A stretch of 64,000 bases of DNA from Takakia lepidozioides (lineage: Eukaryota > Plantae > Bryophyta). Both the position numbers and the translations under genes were made by a program. Position 1 is the first letter of the stretch. Each line of letters starts with the position of its first letter. The stretch spans positions 7,998,001 through 8,062,000 of the forward strand of contig CM060734.1 in the NCBI GenBank assembly GCA_030704615.1, in the 5' to 3' direction. The notes beneath the pieces are model-generated. The model worked only from the letters and a program-made list of their open reading frames with translations, was not told the DNA's origin and did no database searches. Shown here piece by piece: positions 38,820 to 49,178 of the stretch.

Positions 38820-41800
38820 AATATTCGAAACCAGGTGAATGCACTCAGAATGGGCACAGGCAGTACTGGATTCATGGACAACATTGTGGTGCATGTCATC
38901 CGTAGGAGGATCTGTCCTCTCGTCTATGAACTTGCCCCCATGAGTGATGGCGAACTCCCTAATGACGGCTAGAGTCGTAGGTGGATGCACTCGGACGAGA
39001 CAAACTGCTTCAAACAGACAAATCTACGAACACGACATCCACAAGGAACTAAGAAGCTTGACAACCAGGCCCCTCCATATATATTTTAGCGACTTATGCA
39101 ACTCCATCCAAGAACCTCCAAGAAGAGGAATAAGAAGGCAAATTTACCATCTCTCCCGGACGATCCCCCTTCGTCAGGTATATGCTGTTCACACAATTCC
39201 ATGTCTTCACGACCCTCATACCTGAGGCTTTCAAATAGCTAGCAAGTGCACGGCGACGGCGAAGGTCGGTGAACTGGATGAGCACCAAAACACCTGCATC
39301 GGACAGAAAGAAATTGCAAAAGGAGAAAACCCACCGCCAGTAGCGCTCATCAAAAGCATTCCAACCTGGACAAGCACCCGCTGGAGGGACATCCGGGACT
39401 GTCAACCCATCAGGGATGTCCAAGATGATGAGTTCGGCTGCATATGGCTTCTCCTTCCAATTCACCCAGGATTTGGTCATTTTTGCCTGCAAACAAGCAT
39501 GCAAGTGAATGCTCAAGAGGATTGAAACGAGCCATGCCCACAACACACAAGAAGCAAAAGACAACACGCACCGTGCTGAGGAACTCCACAATCCTCTCCC
39601 ACACTGGTGATGGATTGCCCTTGTAATCAAATTTTTTGGACTCCATCATGGCAAGGAACCCGACGTTGGCCATCTCCAACCTGGTAGGGCAAATGACCCT
39701 CGTGGGATGCTCCACTGCATGGTATGGGTCCTTGGATCAACCACCCCCTTGTTCTTTCTCCCGAATCCCCTACCATGCGGTGGAGTCTCTTTGGTCGGCT
39801 GGACATCCGCCGCAGGGCCAGTTTCTGCAACACTTCCCTGCCCACCTACCTGCCCCTGCGCTCCCTTCCCCTTACCCCTTCCTTTCCCCCAACCAACAGC
39901 AACATCCTTTCCCTTTGCCTTTCTACCTTTACCCGGGGTATCCTGAGTGGGAGGCTCCTTCTCTGCAAGTGTCCTCAAATTTCTATCATGAATCTCGAGG
40001 TCGGCAGCTGCGGCGGTGGCTGCTACACGCTCATTCTCTCTCCTCAAAGACACCTCCTGCACTGGGGTCTCAGAAACAGGGCAATCCAAATACCAACCAC
40101 AGGTAGAAAGATGATCCGGGCCCCAGTCCCTTCCCTGTAGTAAACATGGTCTGGTTGCCAGCAGGAACAAGCCACAAGTTCACGAAATCAGGATGATTGT
40201 CCAAGCAGCCATGAGAACATACTTTATGTACTTGCAGGCACAGAGACAGCCTCATTATGCATTGCAACTATTGTCTCCTAGCTTTTCTACCACATCACAA
40301 AGACCCCCAAAAAGAGTATGCGGCACTGCACACTGTAACCACCGCACACAAAATAGCCTGAAGGGCCCAGGGTGTGCACGTTGGTGTTACTACACACGGA
40401 CAGAACAAATGAGTGTGTGGCACCGCACACTCATATGAGCCAGCACAAATCAGGTTGGATGGAGGAGAGTGTGTCTTTGCAAAACAAAGAAGCATAGTCC
40501 ATTTCGCACCTGTAAATGCATCGTTTCCAAGCTTCCTCTCCTTTCTCTTGCTGGTCAAGCTCATTTGTTCGACTGATGCCACCCTCCTTGTTGAACTCCC
40601 TGAAGAAACAAGATTGCCACACTGTGGCTCTCCATTTCCGCATGTATGCTTGGAAGGTGACCTTCGGTGTTGTCATGGTGATGCCATAGTCAGCCAGCTG
40701 CGTATGTAGAACAGACTGCAAAACAATTCCAATGCAAGAATGAACCAGAAAACAATCACAGCCAATGGAACATGGAAAGAGAACGACAGAAAAGCAAAAA
40801 GAAAGTGACACAACAAAGGACATCATACATGGCTCCAGTAAGTGGCCTTGTGAAACCATGTGTCCATCATATTATCACTGACTGGAATGACACGCTGGGT
40901 CTTCTTCTCTTTCTCCGGCCTGGGGAACATGTGGGTGTCCCTAACAATGGGATCGGAGTTCCATATCTGCAGCCACTTCACCTTCTGTTCTGAAGACACA
41001 ACGGCGGTAGATAACCTGTGCAACTTTTCCTGGCCATCTCGGGCTTGCCTGGCTTGTTGAAATGGTTTTTTACCTCTTGAAGAAACTGTGGTCTGAAGGA
41101 TGGGTCAGCAATTCTCAACTACTTCACAAAAGCACTCATAATATTTTTTCTTATGGCGGTCATCTCTTGCTTGATGTGACTCTCAACCCCCTTTGCTGTC
41201 CTTCTCTCTTCAGGGGTAGAGCTGTAGTATTCTAGTTTGCCACGCTATCCTGCATCTGCAATGTCTTACTGCAAGAGAATGCACGACAGATGCATTAACA
41301 CAAGGGCAAGGGAAACAAACAGAAACAAAGATCTCAAAGCAGGAATACCCAAAGGCCAGATGATGGAAGATGTATCTTACCATGTACATATACTCCATGA
41401 AAGCCTCACGGGTCAACGAGTACCATGTTTCTGATGTCTTGGAGCTCTCGCACTTCTTGTACGTCTCTGCTGAAAGGATGGTCTTGAAGTTGGTCAAGGG
41501 CATCTGGCCGATCCTCTATATCCTGTACAGAGTGTGAACCAGACTCGTTTTCACATGCGATGTCTCCATCCCTCTGCAGATTGATGTGTGAAAGTCAGAA
41601 TGAAATTCAAGAACCGACAACAGAGGATTGGAACCAAAGAACCACGGAACCACTATAGGAACATGTAGAATGAGAAACCAACATGTTCACATCATTCATT
41701 GCCGTCAGAAGACCCATCATGTTCCCGACACAATCCAGCACCATCGTTCGAACACAGTAATGCCGCTCTTCCTCATGTGAGTGCAGCCTCCCAATGACAG

Positions 41801-42290
41801 CCATCCATGCAAGCAACCGGTGGTTGCCATCCCATACGTGAAACATCTTCCCTGAGAATGCTTGCGTCGAAGGTTTCCTGGAGAGAAGAAGTTTGAAGGA
41901 TTTGTTCACCTGTCTCCAAATGGGATCCCAAGAGTCCACGATTGACTCATCCACTAGGAGCTCCTTGCCTCTGGAATCCCTAGTAGAAACGTAAAAAACT
42001 ACAGATCCATCCAAATACCCATTAACAAACTCGGCCTCCAGCTTCTGGATGTCCTTGATGAGGCCGGGTGGACGAACGACGGGCATGGAAACCAACCTAC
42101 ACAGGGGAATCTTCAACCTCCCACCCGGGGCAAGCATACTTTGCACCACAAGCTGCGAATTTACCTTCTAACCCCCTAGCATCTCTGCGGCTTTGCTTTC
42201 ATAGAACTCATCGCCCGCATCACCAATGATCTCATTTTCCTGCACTGAAGGGTTCTCATCCTCCACCCTTTGCATCTTCTCCTGCAGGGA
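38820..42290 (-). pseudogene. Multi-exon gene B: ParB/Srx-like domain plus degenerate N6A/N4C DNA methyltransferase-like domain, 3'-truncated
   Basis: LKIPLCRLVSMPVVRP...FHVWDGNHRLLAW in ORF 41607-42149. AELIILDIPDGL...WN...FFLSDAGVLVLI in ORF 39094-39630 resembles the DPPY motif IV region. Several GT..AG introns. Confidence 0.7.
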
Positions 42291-42329
42291 TGCACATTCA
42301 AATTGACATAAGAGAGGGGCCAGAAATAA

Positions 42330-45300
42330 TGTGCGGTGCTGAACACTGTACAGAGCTTCGAACTCATACCTTTTTCCGTGTTTTCACAAAGTTTCAAATG
42401 TGCTTCAAAGTTTCAAAAAGTTTCTCAACCCCCAAATGAAGAGAGGGGCAAGAAACAGTGTGCGGTGCCATACTTTGTTTCTTGCTTTCATTTGTCTCTG
42501 TTTGAAGCAAGAGAGACAACTGAATGGGTTCATTCCAAAAAAAAAAAAAAACACTTGACAGGGGTTTCAAAAACTATACCCCAAAGTGACTCTTCATTGC
42601 TTATAGGTTGATTGAAGCCTCACAGATAGAGTTGGGTGAATAAAATACAAAGGGGCTGAAACAGTGTGCGGTGCCGCACACTGTTTGAAGCTGCCATTTG
42701 AAGCCTGATAAAAACACATGAAGATCCAAAGTTCCAACCAAAAGAGAGACTTCCAGAGGGGCAGAAACAGTGTGCGGTGCCGCACACTGTTTCGTGATGC
42801 CATTTTGCACTCAGTGTAGCCTGCCTCACACAGGGGAATGGACACCTTTCCAAGCAAAAGAAAGTTCCAGGAGATCTCGAACAGTGTGCGGTGCCACACA
42901 CTGTTTTGTGATGCCATTTTTCCCGGATTTTCAAATAGCACAAGGGACACACTTTCAACCAAAAGAGATCATACCTGGGGGGCACAAACAGTGTGCGGTG
43001 CCGCACACTGTTTCGTGCTGCCATTTTTCCCTGATTCTAGCCTGCTTTACACACCACAATGGACACCTTTTAAACCAAAAGAGATCTTTCCTGGGGGGCA
43101 CAAACAGTGTGCAATGCCGCACAGTATTTCCTGCTGCCATTTCTCCCGGATTCTAGCCTGCTTTACACACCACAATGGACACCTTTTAAACCAAAATAGA
43201 TCGTTTCTGGGGGGCACAAACAATGTGCGGTACTGCACACTATTTCATTCCGCCATTTTGCCCAGATTCTAGCATGCTTTACACACCTGATGGGATAGAT
43301 ATTCAATCAAAAAAGATCATTCCGGGGGAGCCCAAACAATGTGCGGTGCCGCACACTGTATTGTGATGCCATTTTCCCCTCATTCTACACATCTTCACTT
43401 AGAAGAAGAGATAGATTTTCAACCAAAAGAGATCGTTCCAGGGGAGCCCAAACAACGTGCGGTGGCGCACACTGTTTTGTGATGCCTTTTTGCCCTAATT
43501 CTACACATCTTCACTTAACAGAAGGGATCCACTTTCAACCAAAAAAGATCGTTCCAGGGGAGCCCAAACAATGTGCGGTGCCGCACACTGTTTTGTGATG
43601 CCATTTTGCCCTCGTTCTAAACATCTTCACTTAGCAGAAGGGATACATTTACAACCAAAAGAGATCATTTCAGGGGGGCACTAACAGTGTGCGGCACCGC
43701 ACAGTGTTTCAAGCTGGCATTTTCCCCTGATTCTAGCCTCCTTTACACACCCTTTCAAGCCCTGTTTCCATCATGCATTTCTATATGACTCAAAGAGGAT
43801 AAAGAGAGGTGACTGGACTCAAACAGAGGAGCTGGGGGCCTACTTTCAAACGAATACGATTGTTTCAGGGGGCCCCACACAGTGTGCGGTGCCGCACACT
43901 GTTTTGTGCTTCCATTATGGTTCTTTTCATCAATTGAAGTGCTGACATTTCAGTGTCAGTGTAGTCCTGTATTTCGAAGACATAAAGACCAATGATGATG
44001 GGCTTGAACAGTGTGCGGTGCCGCACACTGTTTCGTGCTTCCATTATGGTTCTTTTCATCAATTGAAGTACTGACATTTCAGTGACAATGTAGCCCTGTA
44101 TTTTGAAGACATAAAGACCAATGATGACGGGCTTGAACAGTGTGCGGTGCCGCACACTGTATTAAGCTAGCATTGTCATATTATTGAAGCCCTGTAGAAT
44201 GAGGTCGCTGGATGAAACAGAGGATCAAGGGGCTACAGTGCAAATATATACACCTGAATCGGGGGGGGGGGGGGGGGGGCACAAACAGTGTGCGGTGCCG
44301 CACACTGTTTGGTGCTTCAAATTAGGTGTGTTTGATACCTGCAAGACACTCCTGGAGTGGAGCATTTTCACATCAAAAACAAGAAAAGAAGAGAGGCACA
44401 AACAGTGTGTGGTGTCGCACACCGTTTCGTGCTTCCATTTAAGTGTGTTGGATACCTGACAGACAGTCCTGGTGTGGTACATTTTGACATAAAAAACAAG
44501 CAAAAAAGAGGGGCACAAACAGTGTGCGGTGCCGCACACTGTTTCATGTTTCCATTTGTTACATGACAGACACTCCTGGTGTGGTACATTTTGATATAAA
44601 AAATTGGCAAAGAAGAGGGGCACAAACAGTGTGCGGTGCCGCACACTATTTCGTGCTTCCATTTAGGTGTGTTTGATACCTGCCAGACACTCCTGGTGTG
44701 GTACATTTGGACATAAAAAATTGGCAAAAAAGAGGTGCACAAACAGTGTGCGGTGCCGCACACTGTTTCGTGCTTCCATTTAGGTGTGTTTGATACCTGA
44801 CAGACACTCCTGGTGTGGTACATTTTGACATCAAAAATTGGCAAAGAAGAGGGGCAAAAATAGTGTGCGGTGCCGCACACTGTTTCGTGCTTCCATTTAG
44901 GTGTGTTTGATACCTGACAGACACTCCTGGTGTGGTACATTTGGACATCAAAAATTGGCAAAAAAGAGGGGCACAAACAGTGTGTGGTGCCGCACACTGT
45001 TTGGTGCTTCGAATTAGGTGTGTTTGATACCTGCAAGACACTCCTGGAGTGGAGCATTTTCACATCAAAAAGCAAAGAAGAGGGGCACAAACAGTGTGCG
45101 GTGCCGCACACTGTTTTGTGCTTCCATCTAGGTGTGTTTGATACCTGACATACACTCCGAGTGTGGTACATTTTGACATCAAAAAATGGCAAAAAAAAAG
45201 GGGGCACAAATAGTGTGCGGTGCTGTACACTGTTTGGTGCTTCGAATTAGGTGTATTTGATACCTGGCAAACACTCCTGGTGTGGTACATTTTGACATCA

Positions 45301-45835
45301 AAAAATAGCAAAGAAGAGGGGCACAAACAGTGTGCGGTGCCGCACACTGTTTGGTGCTTCAAATTAGGTGTGTTTGATACCTGAAAGACACTCCTAGAGT
45401 GGTACGTTTTCACATCAGAAAACAACAAAGAAGAGGGGCACAAACAGTGTGCGGTGCCGCACACTATTTCGTGCTTCCATTTTGCTACGTTTGAAGTTTG
45501 AGGGAACGGATATAGATAGCGATATCTCACAACCTGCAAACCCTATACAACTTTCAAGACATGCAACAATAGTGTGCGGCACCACACACTGGTTTCAGTT
45601 TGCACATATTTCAGCGTCAATAGATTGAATCCTATACTATGCCAACGTTTCGAACCAATTTGGAGGGCCAGAAACAGTGTGCGGTGGCGCACACTGCTTC
45701 AAGCTTCCATCTCACTCCAAAATTCATAGTTTCAGAGGGGGGACAGACAGTGTGCGGCACCGCACACTCTCTCCTGCATCCACAATCCTCTGCATACACA
45801 CGGAGCGTACAGAGTGTGCGGCACTGCACACTGGG
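42330..45835. repeat. Array of about 30 copies of the 28-bp palindrome AAACAGTGTGCGG-TG-CCGCACACTGTTT, mostly spaced 105-130 bp apart
   Basis: Counted by eye. The spacers fall into at least three unrelated families (about 42650-43700, 43880-44160 and 44280-45480) while the core is conserved. Confidence 0.95.
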
Positions 45836-45879
45836 CCAGCATAACATGAAGCAAAATAAAAGGTAACAGTGAACAACAC

Positions 45880-46900
45880 TTGTACTTTTCTTTGTGCTGC
45901 ATTGGATGTCTCTCCAATCGCAGGAGACCCTTTGCGCTTTGGACTGATGTCTACGCCGAGCATGTTCTGGAGCTTCTCCTCCATCCTCTTTTCCACAATC
46001 TGCTTCTTCATGAGGCCGACATCAATATCCTCTTCGGCGTCCGTGTCTCTCCCTCGAATGCAGTCTCCTCCTGTCCCTAGTGCTGGTAAAGTACAGCGAC
46101 TTCTTTCTCTTCTTCCTCCGGTGGAAACAAACGCTCCCCACACTGCCTCTAGAGCTCTCTTGTTTGTCGTTTGCAACAACGGTTGCTTTGGCATGTATCA
46201 AAAATACAATTTGGACATTGTTAACCGTATTTGGATGCGGGTGTCATCATTATGTGCGAACGGAATTCATCCATTTCTCCGCCCTCTCAATCACCCAGAA
46301 AACTAAGTGGTGGCACTTCAATTGCCGTCCGTCTAGTTGTGGGATTTGTCAAATGTACTTCGCCGGCTGCCAGTATACGAAAGGCTTTTTGCATTCATGA
46401 AAATTGAGAAGTGCCGTAAAAAACTGTCGCAAGTCGAATTTTGAACAGGACTTGCACATTGGCAATAATTGTGATGCTTCACATATGCATCCACGTATGT
46501 TGTACTGCTTATCCTGCGATTTACATTTCGCCGACGCCGGCGCAATGCAGTGATTTCGGTATAGCTTGGTGTCGGCAATCGTAATGCGTTGCGCACCTTC
46601 GTACGGAGTGTCCCCCTGAGTGTCAGTTTTTGTGTTGTGCTCTTCTGGCACAGCACAAACAAAATTGATTCGGGGTTTCCTGTTTATTGGACTCGTGGGG
46701 CCATTGCCGTCTTTCCATAATGGATGGCTTCATATCCTATGCAGGGTTTGCTTTTCATCCAAACACAATACGGCTTCTTGTGGCTTCTTGCCTTTGAAGT
46801 CAGTTGTTCCAGTTGGTGTCTCTCAGTATGGCTGACTACAGAGTTCGGTGCAAACTTCCGCCGTGCATGTCATCCTTTCGCAAAATTGTAAACCCCAAAA
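45880..46900 (-). pseudogene. Degenerate Cys/His-containing ORF of unknown function
   Basis: Successive coding-like ORFs at 46349-46651 and 45724-46194. No confident domain. Confidence 0.3.
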
Positions 46901-47047
46901 TCCGTTGCATACATCGCCCGCAGTCATTGGGACTGTGCTACCCTTATTCACCTCAGTTCGTTTGAGGTGGATCCCCTCTCGAAAACTACGGGCTATCAGT
47001 TCGGGGGACCCTTTGTGGATCGCAACTTTGGTTCAGTCTAGGAAAAC

Positions 47048-48728
47048 ATGTCCAAGGAGGGAGACAGACTCGCTCGATTTCATTCCAATGCAGGTAGTCT
47101 TCTACTGACTGCCACTGCAGATGAGGATGGGTTTGCAGTTGTTCATGAGGATGAGCTGGTTACAGTGTTCCCTCTAGAATTGGATCCTCTGCTTGTTCAG
47201 AAAGAGGTGTATGACGAGGATGGGAATTTGGATTCTGGGCACTTGCAGAAACCATTGGTTGGCGAGTGTGGGAGGAAGTGGAGAGTCCTCCCAGGCAGAT
47301 ATCGGATCCTTGGAAAAGAGAGAAGACAATCAGCAGGATCAGTAGTTACCCCTGGCACTACAACATCGGTTGTGGAGCAGAAGGGCACATTGCATGTGAA
47401 ACAAGAGGTGAGCACATCCACGACATTCGTGACTCTTTCAGACTCGTCTTCGGAGGATGTTTATGAGATTCCTCTGCTAGTCCAGACTCCATTCTTGGAT
47501 GACGACGAATTGCAAGAGATAACGAATTCCGAAATTGAAAGCCCTCGCAAGGGTGCTTGGGTGCAAGAGCGAGCTGCGTTTTGTTGATTGGGAGTCCCTT
47601 CGGGTGCAGCGGGTTCAATATGTGCCAGCAGAGTTTGATGGGAATATTTTGTTTGAGCTCAAACCTCCCACGTCTTCCAGTGGACTTGCTGGGCTTCTGC
47701 AGGGGATGGACAAGAAACATGACGGACACCCTTGGTGCAGGACAAAAACATCGAACATCCACAACGACATTGGATTGAAATTTCGAAGGTCGGTTTGCGT
47801 TGGACATTGCAAGTGCGTGAATACTTCTTGCCTCGCCTGAGAAATAGCTCTAAACCAAACGAAAGTGAGTGGGAAGGGGTGCCCCTGAATCCTTTCACAC
47901 CAGGGCTTGCCCCTCCCAAGACCAATACTTTTGTGTGCAGATTCTGCAAACTTGCCCCGTCCTGTGTTTCTGTGTGTCACACTCGTATGTACCAGGTGGC
48001 ACACCGGTGCAAGACAATGACTCGTGCCTGCATTCATATGGGTACACACGAGCATCTTGTGTCAAAGGGAAGTTGCAGGGATAGCGTAGACATTGCTAGA
48101 AATCTTCTGAAGCAGGAGTTCCACAAATGCCCCGTGTGCAACATCTTCTGCTATAGCGCTTGCAGCTAGCAAGGCATTCCTGGAAAAACACATACTGGGT
48201 GAAGGGGATGCGACACAACCAATGCTGGATGCAGATTCGCTTGATGCAGTGATGGAACATTTCTCCGTGTTGAGCTTTCCAAATGAGTCTTCAATGTCTG
48301 TTTTCTTCCTTCTATTCGGAGGAGTCGCTATGAATTCATTCAAAACAGTATCTTCCCTGGCCAGGGCTCGTCCAAGGTGTAGTTGTTCAAGATGTCCACA
48401 GTGGGCGAAGGCAGTGATGTGAGCATTGTCCACCGAATGCAACCTGGAGGAGATTTGGCGAAATGTTGGTTAATGTTCAATCACTGCAAACAAGTGAAGG
48501 GTTGGACAACCATGGCGTGCCATCTGTACGATCCAGTATACCAGCGTGTGCTCTCCATAGCAATTTGTGATATGCAGTCGGAGGACACTGAATCCCAAAT
48601 GCTCATGTGGAATTATGTCATGGCCGTCATGTAGCGCAATGGAATGCAGAACACAAATTTTGCGGGGTTAATGGCTGATAGTGCACAGGCAAATTTCAAT
48701 GCAGTGCGGCAGGTCTTTGGATCGGGGG
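47048..48728 (+). pseudogene. N-terminal half of a MULE-type transposase with a GCM-like zinc DNA-binding domain
   Basis: PWCRTKTSNIHN...RRSVCVGHCKCVNTSC...CRFC...C...RACIHMGTHEH, then WLMFNHCKQVKGWTTMACHLYD...ICDMQSED and LMADSAQANFNAVRQVFGSG, where it stops abruptly. Confidence 0.75.
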
Positions 48729-49178
48729 GTGTCGATGGGGAGGCAAATGATTTATTCGACTGTTGTGTCTCCACACATGTTCAAGCATATGCGAGGGGCT
48801 TCAACCACATCCGTTCAATGAGTGCAATAGCCGTGCACGCATTGCAAGATTTTTTTTTTGCAATGAACAAAAACCAGATGACAACTGAACGCCTCATTGG
48901 CCCATCGAACGAATTTCGATTGATCTCATATTACACTGGGACCTATCAGAAGGTACATTGAACACACTGGCCAAGTTTGAGCTTGCAAGGCCAGTGCGCG
49001 ACATCTCTTCGGGATTGAAGGGGATTCCAAAATTTACAAGAACCTCCTGATGGGTTTGGGTGGACAAACTTCTCAAGTCCTTCCTAAGCCCCTTCTCGGT
49101 GTTATTGATACAAGGGAGACGTCCCACAAGGAGCTGGACTCCGACTTTGCCTGTGAGTAAGTTCAACCTGTGGATGCT

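Noticed and set aside
38820-42290. Bacterial or plasmid parABS contamination
   Set aside because: The genes have GT-AG introns, no ParA Walker-box ATPase is visible, and they are interleaved with plant transposons.
42594-45539. ORFs with repeated TVCGTAHC or QCAAPH peptides, resembling zinc fingers
   Set aside because: They are translations of the DNA palindrome, appear on both strands and in several frames, and break at unit indels.
42330-45835. CRISPR array (palindromic 28-bp repeat plus spacers)
   Set aside because: Spacers are about 80-100 bp and near-identical between neighbours rather than unique. There are no cas genes and the context is eukaryotic.
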